From positions 1,120,001 to 1,184,000 of the forward strand of contig OZ243913.1 in NCBI GenBank assembly GCA_965213705.1: a stretch of DNA of 64,000 nucleotides, read 5' to 3'. Below, in pieces: positions 19,332 to 28,790 of this stretch (its first letter is position 1; each line of letters opens with the position of its first letter). Origin of the DNA: Trueperaceae bacterium (GTDB lineage Bacteria > Deinococcota > Deinococci > Deinococcales > Trueperaceae). The notes beneath the pieces were generated by a model, which made no database searches, was not told the DNA's origin, and was given only the letters and a program-made list of their open reading frames with translations. The translations under genes were made by a program, and so were the position numbers.

Positions 19332-21582
19332 CGAGTTCGGCGAGGTGAGCGTGAAAACCCAGCAGCGTGTCGTCCAAGCGGTCGGGTTCGACGCAGAGGG
19401 CGAGTCGGTAACCGGTTTCTAGAGTCGCGCTGAGAAGCGCGGTGTGAGCGAGTTCTACAAGGGCCAGCCGGGTTTTGCCCACGGCCAACTCTTGGCCGAG
19501 TTCGCCTGCGTTGCGGTTCAGTTTGGTGAGCACAGGGTAGAGGTCGTCCGGCCGCTCGAGCCCCGCCCCAAAGGAGTCCAGCCCGCGCGCACCCAACACG
19601 CGGCCCTGCGGGTCCCACAGGAGGACGGCTTGCACACCGGAGTCGCCAAAAGCTTCGGCAACCCAGCGCTCGGGCCGACCTGGCCCTGCGGGCTGAACGG
19701 GTGGCGCGGAGGGGGCGTCGAAAAATCCGAACAAACCCTCCAGCGCGCCGCTGCTAACAAGCTGGTCGGCGACGGCGCGGGTTGCGCCGTACTGGGCTTG
19801 CAGTTCGCTCAGCAGCGTCTCGGTTTCGCTCAGGGCGGCGGCCAGCTCGTCCCTGACAGGGGCCGAAACGTGTTCAAACGCGTCTCTCTGACCGTTCAGG
19901 TACTGCAACAGAGCGCCGACCTTGAAGGTTTCTTCGCTGTTGAGTTTGGCGACCTCCTCAAACGTTTCCAGGGCCGCGTCCAAGCGTCCGCCGAAGTCGG
20001 TGCTGCGCCGCTCCAGCAGGGTTTGCACCGTTGTAAGGAGCGCCCAGAGGTTTGCGAGCGTCTCTAAAGCCACGTCTTGTTCCAGCAGCGTCCTGGCCGC
20101 TCGCACACGCTTTTTCAAGTCCAGAAACTCCGGTAGGGTTACGCCTTCGTAGCGGCTGACTTGCTCCTCCAACGCGTGCAGGTCGCTGAGTTGCGCGGCG
20201 AGGCGAGACTCCTCAGCACGTGAACGAGCGGGCGCGTCCTCGGGCGGGGCGTCACCCGAGCTTTCAACCGTCTCGGGTGACGCTCCGTAGCTCGAGGCCA
20301 AGTGGTACAAGCTGCGCAGGTGCTGGACGTCGCGCAGGGGCGGCAGCGAGGTGTCCAGTACGCTCAGCGTGACCTGCAGGTATTGCACCAACTCGGTCGT
20401 GTCGAAGCGGCTGGCGCCTGCTGCGGCGAGCGCCCAACTGCTGAGGGCCTCGCGGATTTCTTTGAGTTCGTCGCTCAGCGCCTCACGTTCCGCCGCCGCC
20501 GCTGCGGCGAAAGAGCGGCGCAGCTGGCCCAGTTCGGTTGTCGGCGGCGCGCCCGCGCTGAGTTGTGCGGCGTAGCGGGTCAGGTCTTCCGCGAGCGCCG
20601 GACGGTAGCTCAACAGGTCGGCATAGTCGCTCGCCAACTTGTCGAGGCTACGACGTTCGTCGACCAGGTCGAGTTGCAGCAACCTGGCGCCCACGTCTGC
20701 GTCGGGCGAGCCGACCGCCTGAGCCGTACCGGCTTGGTCGCTACCGGGACGAGCGCTACCAGGACGAGTGCTATCGGGGCGAGCGCTGCCCGAGCTGAGC
20801 GGGCCGTCGGCTTCGCCCCCGGCTGCCGGCAGCCCCGCCTCGTTCGGGGTAGGTGCGGCCTCCAAGGCCACGCTCGACTCCATGAGTTTGCGCAGGTCGG
20901 CCGTGAGTTTGTAAGCCCGCTCGACCTCGGCGGGCGCGAGGGACTGCGCTTGCTGCGCCGTTTGCACCTGACCTATGAGGTTTTCCAGCCGGCGCACCTT
21001 GGGACCGCCTAAAAACTTGACGACTTCGAAAGACGTGTTCAGTTCGGCGAGCGCTTTGGCCTGGTAGACGAGTTGGTCGGTCAGCTTTTCCTCGACCAGA
21101 ACGAGGTTTTGGCGGGCCTCTTCCAAGAGTCGGCCCGTTTCGCGACCGGCTAGGTACTCGGCGTCTAAAAGTTGAAGTTGGGCGCGCAACTTTTGGACTT
21201 CGGGCCACTCGAAGTAAAGATTGAAAGGCTTCAAACGAGCGCGCAATTCGCCCAGCGCTGCTTCCTGGGAAGGCTTGCTGGGTGTGGCTGGGCCAGCGGC
21301 CGAACTGTTGACGCCCGACTCCGTTTTAGCGTCCAGTTTCTTGAGGCTTTCCATAATGTGTTGCAGCTTGGTTTTTGCCTCGGTGACCGGCATGACGACC
21401 TGAAGTTGGCGGTACACGTGAACTTTCAAGATTTTGTCGACGTCGGCGTACTGCAGCGTCGCCGGCGTCTTGGTGAGGGCTTGCAACCCCTCTTGCAGTG
21501 TGCGGGACACGACGCGGGGCGGCAGCAAGGTCTCGAGGGCCGTGACGGTAGCTTGGTAGACGGTGTTGGCTGTATCACTCAT
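19309..21582 (-). CDS. Large helical/coiled-coil protein with a C-terminal Roadblock/LC7 (MglB-like) domain
   Basis: C-terminal GVQAVLLWDPQGRVL...GELGQELAVG pattern; N-terminal domain resembles that of 23606-24592; stop overlaps tsaE. Confidence 0.7.
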   Translation of the reverse strand: MSDTANTVYQATVTALETLLPPRVVSRTLQEGLQALTKTPATLQYADVDKILKVHVYRQLQVVMPVTEAKTKLQHIMESLKKLDAKTESGVNSSAAGPATPSKPSQEAALGELRARLKPFNLYFEWPEVQKLRAQLQLLDAEYLAGRETGRLLEEARQNLVLVEEKLTDQLVYQAKALAELNTSFEVVKFLGGPKVRRLENLIGQVQTAQQAQSLAPAEVERAYKLTADLRKLMESSVALEAAPTPNEAGLPAAGGEADGPLSSGSARPDSTRPGSARPGSDQAGTAQAVGSPDADVGARLLQLDLVDERRSLDKLASDYADLLSYRPALAEDLTRYAAQLSAGAPPTTELGQLRRSFAAAAAAEREALSDELKEIREALSSWALAAAGASRFDTTELVQYLQVTLSVLDTSLPPLRDVQHLRSLYHLASSYGASPETVESSGDAPPEDAPARSRAEESRLAAQLSDLHALEEQVSRYEGVTLPEFLDLKKRVRAARTLLEQDVALETLANLWALLTTVQTLLERRSTDFGGRLDAALETFEEVAKLNSEETFKVGALLQYLNGQRDAFEHVSAPVRDELAAALSETETLLSELQAQYGATRAVADQLVSSGALEGLFGFFDAPSAPPVQPAGPGRPERWVAEAFGDSGVQAVLLWDPQGRVLGARGLDSFGAGLERPDDLYPVLTKLNRNAGELGQELAVGKTRLALVELAHTALLSATLETGYRLALCVEPDRLDDTLLGFHAHLAELDALLVRP

Positions 21583-21707
21583 AGAAGACGTCAATCATAG
21601 CTGGAGCCAGGGCTGGGGTCGAAAGCCGGAACCGGGAAGAGGCCATTACAGCGCGTCCGGTAGCGAACAGGGCCGGGCTCGGCGGCACGCCGAGCCCGGT
21701 CGCCGAC

Positions 21708-23609
21708 CTAGAACTCCTCGTCCCAGTCGACGGCTGTGCCGGTGCTGGCGCGCCCCAAAGGGGCGTCGCCGGGGCTGATGACGGTGTCACCGGCGCTGCG
21801 CTTGCCCAGCAGTCCGAACTGTACGCAGATGCCGTAGAGCCCGGCCACCGCGAGGCCGATGGCGAGGGCGCTCAGCAGCGCCCAAACGACCTGGCTCACC
21901 GTGTTTTGAAAAATGGAAAAGGCCGACAAGCCGCCCAAGACGGCGACGCCGCTCAAGGCGGCAAGCAGCTCGAGCAGTGAAGTCAACCCCTCGTACATGA
22001 TGGGCAGCAGCAGCAAAAACAAGGCCGCTCCGACCAATCGCCAGTTGCGGTTGGCACCCCCGAACGCGAGGTTGAGCAAGTACAGGGGCACGACGGCCAG
22101 CAGTCCCAACACCATCATCACCAGCAGCCGCAGCCAGCCGGACCACACCAAACTCGTGCTCAGCACCAAACCGGGGCCGGGCGCGGCGGTGCCGCTGAGT
22201 GCCGCGGCCACGCGGTCGGTTTGACCGACCAGCACGGCTCCGTCTTGCAAGCGCAGGCCGGGAGCGGTGGCGAAGTGGTTGACCAAGCGGCGCGTGTCGG
22301 CGCTTAGTGGTGCGTTAGCGCCCAACAGGGGCGCTAAAAAACGTTCGAAGGTGTCTCGGTAAGCCTCGAGCCGAGCCTGGACGCTGCTCGCGTTGCCGCT
22401 CTCTATGGCCGACAGGGTCCGGCTGCTGTCGGCGTAAAGCGCTTCGACGGCGTCGGTGACGCTCTCGAGGTCACGCGCTGCGTAGTCGTTCAGCAGGTCG
22501 GCGCGGCTGTCCCCAGCCAGGCCGAAAGTGGACAACTCCGCGGCCAAGTCGGCCTGGTTCGTGTTGAGCAGGGGCAGCGCCGGGACCGGGGTCGGGGTGC
22601 CGGGTGCGGCCGCCGTGGGCGTTTGACCCTCCTGGCCGCCGGTCTCGAGTTCACTAGTCTCGAGTTCACCAGTCTCGAGCGCGCCGTTTTCAGCCGGTGC
22701 GCTCAAGGGCGACGCCGCGTTCGGGCCGAATCCGGCCGCCGGCGCAGCGGGGACGGCGGCGGCCGGATTCGGACTTGGAGCCGTACCGACGTCTTGTTGC
22801 AGAACTCCTTGTGCAGCGGCCTCGGCCGCGCCCTGAAAGTCGCTCAGGCTCTGGCCCAGCGTTGCGAGCCTGCCCTGCAAAGTTTCCGAGTCGTCAGTTA
22901 CCAGCGCCTGAAAAGCTTGGCTGAAAGCGACCGTGGTCGCGGCGCTCACGCGCGGCGAGTCTTGCACCGGCAAAAAGTGGGCGTAAGCCTCGGCCAGGGC
23001 TGAATAGGTCGCGTCTTTGTCGCCCGGCACCGCACTTGCCTCGTTCAGGTGGGTTTGTACCGTGACGGCCGCACCGGTGTCAAAAGCGGTGATGAGCGCG
23101 GGGTAGGTATCGGCCCCGTTCAGGGCGTCCAAGTTGGGGTCGCTGAAAGTCATGTCGGCGGCGATGCGGGCCAAGCGCTCGCGGCTCAGGCTCACGTCGC
23201 CTTCGTTTGCCGCGCGCAGCGCCGACTCGTAAACGAGTCGCCAAAAGCCGCCCCGCAACACCGCTACTTGCACGCCCAAGTCGGTCGCGCTCCTGTTTTG
23301 AACCGCCGTTTCCGCGCGCGTAAAGGTGCGTTCCAGGGCCGTCACCAAGTTCGGGCTGCTGGTGTCGCGCGACAGGGCGCGCAGGGTTTGGGCGGCTTGG
23401 TCGAGGGCATCTAAGCTCAAGGAACCGTCTTCGGACAGCGCGCCGAGCGCCCCGTTCAAGCGCTCAACGGCCAGGTCGTAACTTTGCAAAACGGCGTCGT
23501 TGTCTTGCGGGACGTCGGCGAAACCGTCTTGAGCGAAACCGTCCTGAGCAAGGCCCAGCGCAACGACCAGCAGCCCGCATCCAAAGACGTGACCTAAAGC
23601 GCGCTTCAT
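21708..23609 (-). CDS. Exported helical protein with a signal peptide, low-complexity linker and C-terminal multi-pass membrane domain
   Basis: N-terminal MKRALG...LVVALGLA; 3-4 hydrophobic helices near the C-terminus; acidic tail VDWDEEF. Confidence 0.75.
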   Translation of the reverse strand: MKRALGHVFGCGLLVVALGLAQDGFAQDGFADVPQDNDAVLQSYDLAVERLNGALGALSEDGSLSLDALDQAAQTLRALSRDTSSPNLVTALERTFTRAETAVQNRSATDLGVQVAVLRGGFWRLVYESALRAANEGDVSLSRERLARIAADMTFSDPNLDALNGADTYPALITAFDTGAAVTVQTHLNEASAVPGDKDATYSALAEAYAHFLPVQDSPRVSAATTVAFSQAFQALVTDDSETLQGRLATLGQSLSDFQGAAEAAAQGVLQQDVGTAPSPNPAAAVPAAPAAGFGPNAASPLSAPAENGALETGELETSELETGGQEGQTPTAAAPGTPTPVPALPLLNTNQADLAAELSTFGLAGDSRADLLNDYAARDLESVTDAVEALYADSSRTLSAIESGNASSVQARLEAYRDTFERFLAPLLGANAPLSADTRRLVNHFATAPGLRLQDGAVLVGQTDRVAAALSGTAAPGPGLVLSTSLVWSGWLRLLVMMVLGLLAVVPLYLLNLAFGGANRNWRLVGAALFLLLLPIMYEGLTSLLELLAALSGVAVLGGLSAFSIFQNTVSQVVWALLSALAIGLAVAGLYGICVQFGLLGKRSAGDTVISPGDAPLGRASTGTAVDWDEEF

Positions 23610-24592
23610 AGTTCCTCCTTGAATTTGTGCAGGGTCGCAAACACGAGCCCGAGGTTGAGTTCACTGCTGCCTATCAGCATAAGCGCAACCTCCCCGAACG
23701 GAAAGAGAAAAAGCTGACCCCGGCTGTGCGCGACGTAAAAGGTCCGCAACTCGCCGCTGCGGCCCAACAGCTTGAGGCCCAAACTCCCCAAGCGCGACAG
23801 GGCCTCGACCTCAAAACCGTCGCCCCGGACCGAAGTCACGCAGCCGCCTTCGAAAACCGCGACCATCTCGACGTGTTCCAGTTGGGCAAACGCGAGTACG
23901 AGGTCGTCGCGCGTCGCCGGGTCCATAACGGGCGCCCATGAGCTTTGAGCAGGCGGCTTGAGCACCTGGGTAGTCGGCTCGAGCACCTGGGCAGGGCTCG
24001 CCGCCGGCCCGAGACCGGTCGCCGCTACGTTCACCCCGGCTGACTTTTCACCGGTCAAAGGCCCGACAGCCGGGTACCGGTCAGCTGGGTAACCGGTAGC
24101 TGCTTGTTCGGTAGTTGCTTGTTCGGTAGTTGCTTGTTCAGCAGTTGCGTGTTCGGTAACCCGAGGCTCGACCGCTGGCTGCCCGAGAAGGGGCGGTGCG
24201 GCGTCCGGCGCTGCCCCCGCAACAGCTCTTCCGGGAGCGGCTTCGACGAGGGACGCGGACGCCGCACCGCCGTCACCGGTTGGGGAACGGCCGGCCGGGG
24301 CGTGACGGCTGGGCGCGCCAGCTGCGGCGTTCTCGGGTGTCTCGTCCGCGTCCAGCGTTTTGAGCGTTTTGGCAAGCTTTTTGAGGCTCAGCTCGAGCCC
24401 GGCGCGCGGCAAAATGGCGGCGAGGTCTCGCAGCACCGAACTTTTCAAAACCGTTTTCATTTCCAAAGCGCTGACGGTCTCGGCTGAACAGCGGGCGTCG
24501 CGCAGACCGTTGTCCAGCACTTGCGAGGCGACCCGTGCGGACACGAGCTGGGTCAGGCCGTCATGCGTCGTCGCATAAACTTTGTTCACCAT
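23606..24592 (-). CDS. Protein with a conserved N-terminal helical domain, Ala/Pro linker and C-terminal Roadblock-like domain
   Basis: Starts MVNKVY; C-terminal beta/alpha pattern ending SSELNLGLVFATL; ATGA overlap with the next gene. Confidence 0.7.
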   Translation of the reverse strand: MVNKVYATTHDGLTQLVSARVASQVLDNGLRDARCSAETVSALEMKTVLKSSVLRDLAAILPRAGLELSLKKLAKTLKTLDADETPENAAAGAPSRHAPAGRSPTGDGGAASASLVEAAPGRAVAGAAPDAAPPLLGQPAVEPRVTEHATAEQATTEQATTEQAATGYPADRYPAVGPLTGEKSAGVNVAATGLGPAASPAQVLEPTTQVLKPPAQSSWAPVMDPATRDDLVLAFAQLEHVEMVAVFEGGCVTSVRGDGFEVEALSRLGSLGLKLLGRSGELRTFYVAHSRGQLFLFPFGEVALMLIGSSELNLGLVFATLHKFKEEL

Positions 24593-24945
24593 CGGTTTTC
24601 TGACACAGCGCCCGGTACCGCCTGGGTAAGCGCTCGCAGCCTCCCTCGACCTGAACACCCCGGACTTGCCGTCGAAACGCAAACCGGGGCTGACCTCAGC
24701 ATAGGCGTTGTGGACCCGCCGTCATGTGAAAAATTCGCAAAACAGTCGTGTTCGATTTTGTACCGCGCGAGGGAACTCGGCGGCCCGCTCTTACGTTTGT
24801 CGACACGCTTCCAGCGGCTTGCGGACGCTGAGGGGTGGGGCAGAGAACGACGGGGCACTGGCGACCGGCAGCGCAGACCGCGACAAAAGACAGCTCTATG
24901 TCCGTCTGCGTTTTTGTGCGCGGCGCCGAGTCAGCGTTCGGGGTC

Positions 24946-25392
24946 TTAGAGCGGTGTACCCGCCGCGACCGAGCCCGCGACCCAGCTCGACTTCTCACCG
25001 GTCACCTCGCGCTTCCAGACCGGCAGCAGTTCCTTGGCGCGGTCGATGCCGAGCTGACACGCGCCCAGCGCGTCCTTGCGGTGCGGTGAAGACACGACGA
25101 CGGCGATGCTGGCCTCGCCGGGTCTGAGCCGGCCCAAGCGGTGCGCCACGACGAGCCCGCCCAAGTCAAAAGCCGCGCGCAACTCTGCTGCTAACACCTG
25201 TAACTGGGTATGCAGCATGGTTTCGTAGCCTTCGTAGTCGATATAGCTGACCTGTTCGCCCGCGTTGGGCGAGCGCACTGTGCCCAAAAAACTCGCGACC
25301 GCCCCGAACCGGGGCGCGCTGACAAGCTCCAAGTAGCGCTCCGGCTCGAGCGGGTCCCGGGTGACGAACAAGTGGTTTTGCGTTTCGCCCAC
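24946..25392 (-). CDS. moaE: Molybdopterin synthase catalytic subunit
   Basis: GAVASFLGTVR, HRLG.L..GE, SSPHR and PVWKRE motifs. Confidence 0.93.
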   Translation of the reverse strand: MGETQNHLFVTRDPLEPERYLELVSAPRFGAVASFLGTVRSPNAGEQVSYIDYEGYETMLHTQLQVLAAELRAAFDLGGLVVAHRLGRLRPGEASIAVVVSSPHRKDALGACQLGIDRAKELLPVWKREVTGEKSSWVAGSVAAGTPL

Positions 25393-25394
25393 GG

Positions 25395-25631
25395 CTAGCC
25401 CCCCGAAACCGGCGGGAAAAAAGCGACCGTGTCGCCGTCCGCAACCTGTTGTTCGGGCGCGGCGTAGTGCTCGTTGAGCGCGCAAAGGCTGCCGCTGAGG
25501 GCCAAGTTGTGGCTGCGCTCGAGCTGTTCGGCAAGTTCCCGAACCGTGGTGGGGGTGTCCAAACTGAGGTTTAACTCTCTGGCCCCGGCCGCTTCCCGCA
25601 GGCTCGCAAAAAACAACACCGTAACGTTCAT
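25395..25631 (-). CDS. moaD: Molybdopterin synthase sulfur carrier
   Basis: FASLRE and C-terminal PPVSGG. Confidence 0.95.
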   Translation of the reverse strand: MNVTVLFFASLREAAGARELNLSLDTPTTVRELAEQLERSHNLALSGSLCALNEHYAAPEQQVADGDTVAFFPPVSGG

Positions 25632-25709
25632 AGAAGCAGTTTATAGCAAACCCGGTGGGGGAGGTATCAGGCTCGGGACCGGCACCTGTGTACGGCCCGC
25701 CGGCCTCGC

Positions 25710-26660
25710 TCAGTTCAGCGGCGCTTGGGCAAGCTGCGTAGCGGCAAGCTGGGTCACGCCGTAGGCGACGGTGAGACTTTCACGATAGCGCATCCGCACG
25801 GGTCCCAGAATAGTGAGGCTGCCAAAACCGTTGCCGAAAGGCAGCCGTGCGGTCACGCTGGCGAGGGTCTCGTCGAACACGATGACGAGGTCGTCGGCGG
25901 CGGCGGTTTCCGGGTTTTCGACGCGCTCGACCACGGTGCGCACAAACGTGGGGTCGACGGACTCGGGCTCGCTCAGGAGGTGCCGGAGTCCTTGGGAAAA
26001 CAGCCGCGGCGGGCCGACGTAACTCAGGGCGTCGGCCAAGGCTTTGAGCGTGTCGGCGAGCGAAGCCTCGGTCCGCCGCGCGATGTCGGCCAGGCCCTCG
26101 CTCAGCTCACCGACCGGCAGCGCGAGTTGCCGCAGGTTGCGCTCCGCGTCACGCAACACCTCGTCCGTGGGGGCCGGGTCGACCTCGACCGCGACCTGGC
26201 GAATGAGGCCGTTCTCGAGCACGATGACTGCCAAGAGCCGCGTGCTCGAGACGATAGACAAGTGAATTTCCAGGGCTTGCAGCGTGTCGTCGGCGGGTAA
26301 GCTCACCACGACCGCGTAGTTCGACAGTTCGGCGCCGGCGTCGGCGACGCGCTGAAACAGCGTTTCGCCGTGACTGCCGCGCAACCGCTGCGCGACGAGC
26401 CGGCGCTGCTGCTCGGCCAAGTGGCCGGGCGGAATAAACTTGTTGGCGTAGCGCCGGTAGGCAAGCGACGTCGGCACGCGGCCCGCCGAGGTGTGCGGCT
26501 GCTGCAGGTAACCTTGTTCTTCCAGGGCGCAAAAATCGTTGCGGACGGTCGCGCTGCTCATGCCGAGTTGCAGCGCAACCTGGGCCGACGCTACCGGCCG
26601 GGCCGACCCTATGTAGCCTTCGGTGACGAGGTCGAGAATGTAGGCGCGGCGCTCGTTCAT
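25710..26660 (-). CDS. hrcA: Heat-inducible transcription repressor
   Basis: SSATVRND, QPHTSAGRVPT, GPVRMRY; extended -10 TGcTATAGT 7 nt before the ATG. Confidence 0.93.
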   Translation of the reverse strand: MNERRAYILDLVTEGYIGSARPVASAQVALQLGMSSATVRNDFCALEEQGYLQQPHTSAGRVPTSLAYRRYANKFIPPGHLAEQQRRLVAQRLRGSHGETLFQRVADAGAELSNYAVVVSLPADDTLQALEIHLSIVSSTRLLAVIVLENGLIRQVAVEVDPAPTDEVLRDAERNLRQLALPVGELSEGLADIARRTEASLADTLKALADALSYVGPPRLFSQGLRHLLSEPESVDPTFVRTVVERVENPETAAADDLVIVFDETLASVTARLPFGNGFGSLTILGPVRMRYRESLTVAYGVTQLAATQLAQAPLN

Positions 26661-26834
26661 GCTTTGCACTATAGCACGTTGTCCCCGGATTTTAAGTAAA
26701 AATGCCGACGGGAACGTGGTTCAGGCGCATTGCGCCCTGCTGAAACGACCTCAGCTCCCGCACGTGTTTTGCAGAGGGGCTGAAAGTTTTTCGTTTTTAC
26801 AAACAACCGACAACGAAGGACGAACAACCTCCTT

Positions 26835-26871
26835 GTACTCGGTACTTTCGACTCGGTACTCGGTACTTTTT
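26835..26871 (-). repeat. Intergenic GTACCGA-type repeat (copy 2, reverse orientation)
   Basis: Reverse complement aaaagtaccgagtaccgagtcgaaagtaccgagtac shares ~27 identical nt with copy 3. Confidence 0.8.
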
Positions 26872-26876
26872 TGTCC

Positions 26877-28061
26877 TCAGTTACTCACGTCCAAGTAGTC
26901 AAGCGCCCCCTTGGTGAGCAGTTCCACGGCCAGCGGCAACACCTCTTCGTCGATGTCGAATTTGGGGTGATGGTGCGGGTAGTGCGTTCCCTTGGCCTCG
27001 TCGCCCGCGCCGACGAAAAAGTAGCAGCCCGGCGCTCGCTGCAGCCACAGCGACATGTCGTCGCCGCCCATGATTTGTGGGGCCTCGAGCACCCGGCCCT
27101 CACCCACAACCTCCCGCGCCACCGCGCGAAAGCGCTCGGTTGCCGCCGCGTCGTTCACCACGGCCGGGGAGCCGTCGCGCCACTCCACGTCCACTTCGCC
27201 CCGGAACATCTCGACTACGCTTTTCGCAACCGTTTTGACGCGCTCGGTCAGGTAGCTGCGCGTGTGCGGGCTGAAGGTGCGCAGCGTGCCTTTGAGTTCG
27301 ACCTCTTCGGGGATGATGTTGTACGCCGAGCCGCCCTGGACGGACGTCATGGTGATGACCGCCTGGTCTACGGGGTCGACCTCGCGCGCGACGAGGCTTT
27401 GCAGACTCGTGACCAGGTTGGCCGCAATCATGACCGGGTCGACGCTGTCCTGGGGCCGCGCGGCGTGGCCGCCCTTGCCCTTGACCAGTATTTGGAACGA
27501 GTCCGTCGCCGCCATCGCCGGGCCGGTGCGCACCGCCACCACACCCGCCGGATGCGCGCTGCTGAGGTGAAGGCCGATGCTGTGGTCGGGCTCGAGGCCG
27601 TCCAAGGCCCCGTCGTCCAGCATCGCCTGCGCGCCGCGCACGATTTCCTCGGCGGGTTGAAACACGAAGACGAGCTTGCCCTTCAAGCTGTCGCGCCGCT
27701 CGCTCAAGATTTTGGCCGCGGAGAGCAGGACGGAGGCGTGCCCGTCGTGGCCGCAGGCGTGCATTTTGCCGTCCAAGGTGGAGCGGTACTCGGTCTCGCA
27801 CTCTTCACGCACCGGCAGCGCGTCGATGTCGGCGCGCATCAGCACGGTTTTACCCTCTTTGCCCGTGTCGAGCACCGCCACCACGCCCGTCTTGCCGACG
27901 CCGGTTCTCACGTCCAGGTCTAAGTCTTTGAGCTTGTCCGCGATGATTCCGGCGGTGCGGGTCTCTTCAAAGGCGATTTCGGGGTGGCGGTGAAAGTCGC
28001 GCCGGGTGGCGACGGTTTCTTCGGCGAGAGCTTGGGCGGCTGTGTGAACGGCGTCGGACAT
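26877..28061 (-). CDS. M20 family amidohydrolase
   Basis: HRHPEI, RADIDALP, MHACGHDGH, FQPAEE and HHHPKF motifs. Confidence 0.93.
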   Translation of the reverse strand: MSDAVHTAAQALAEETVATRRDFHRHPEIAFEETRTAGIIADKLKDLDLDVRTGVGKTGVVAVLDTGKEGKTVLMRADIDALPVREECETEYRSTLDGKMHACGHDGHASVLLSAAKILSERRDSLKGKLVFVFQPAEEIVRGAQAMLDDGALDGLEPDHSIGLHLSSAHPAGVVAVRTGPAMAATDSFQILVKGKGGHAARPQDSVDPVMIAANLVTSLQSLVAREVDPVDQAVITMTSVQGGSAYNIIPEEVELKGTLRTFSPHTRSYLTERVKTVAKSVVEMFRGEVDVEWRDGSPAVVNDAAATERFRAVAREVVGEGRVLEAPQIMGGDDMSLWLQRAPGCYFFVGAGDEAKGTHYPHHHPKFDIDEEVLPLAVELLTKGALDYLDVSN

Positions 28062-28136
28062 GTTAGGTCTCCTTATCTTTTGGCTCGAGCATACCTTGGC
28101 AGACAATGGAAAACTGCTCCTGCCGAGGGGTTAAGT

Positions 28137-28601
28137 TCAAGTCTCAGCCAGCTCGAGCGCCACAGCGAACTCTGCGGCCGTCACCGGCATCACGCTGAGG
28201 CGGTTGCCGCGCTGGACGAGCCGCATGTCCACTAAACGCCCATCTTTTTTCAGTTCTGAGAGCGTGACCGGGTGTGGCAACTTTTCAACAGCTTTGACGT
28301 CGATGCTGAACCAGCGCGGCGCGTCGTCGGTGGCCTTGGCGTCGTAATAGTCGCTTGCAGGGTCGAACTGCGTGGGGTCGGGATAAGGTGCGGAGGCGAC
28401 CTCGGCCACGCCGACCACGCCCGGCGGCGTGGTGCTCGAGTGGTAGAAGAGAATTCTGTCCCCCAGTTTCATGTCGTCACGCATAAAGTTCCGCGCCTGG
28501 TAGTTCCGCACGCCCTCCCAGGCCGTGGTGCGGCCAGGCGCGGCGAGCAGGTCGTCGAAGCTGAAGGTGTCGGGTTCGCTCTTGAAAAGCCAGTGGGTCA
28601 T
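28137..28601 (-). CDS. EVE domain protein
   Basis: WLFKSEP, WEGVRNYQARN, FYHS and RLSVMPV motifs. Confidence 0.93.
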   Translation of the reverse strand: MTHWLFKSEPDTFSFDDLLAAPGRTTAWEGVRNYQARNFMRDDMKLGDRILFYHSSTTPPGVVGVAEVASAPYPDPTQFDPASDYYDAKATDDAPRWFSIDVKAVEKLPHPVTLSELKKDGRLVDMRLVQRGNRLSVMPVTAAEFAVALELAET

Positions 28602-28650
28602 GGGGGCGAGTCTAACAAGCGTGTGCGCGCGAAATTTGGACGTGTCGGAA

Positions 28651-28726
28651 GAAAGTACCGAGTACCGAGTCGAAAGTAGTGAGCAAAAAACTTTCGACCT
28701 TTTACTTTTCACTCGGTACTTTTCAC
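28651..28726. repeat. Intergenic GTACCGA-type repeat (copy 3) forming an imperfect inverted repeat
   Basis: gaaagtaccgagtaccgagtcgaaag...ctttcgac...actcggtacttttc. Confidence 0.8.
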
Positions 28727-28790
28727 ACCGAGTTGTTAGACTCTGCTTTGGCAGCCTCGAGTCTGCGAGGGTTGAGCAAGGAGAAAAGCT

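Noticed and set aside
13195..28726. GTACCGA repeats as a CRISPR array
   Set aside because: There is no regular repeat-spacer periodicity, the units are ~7-15 nt and dispersed, and no cas genes are present.
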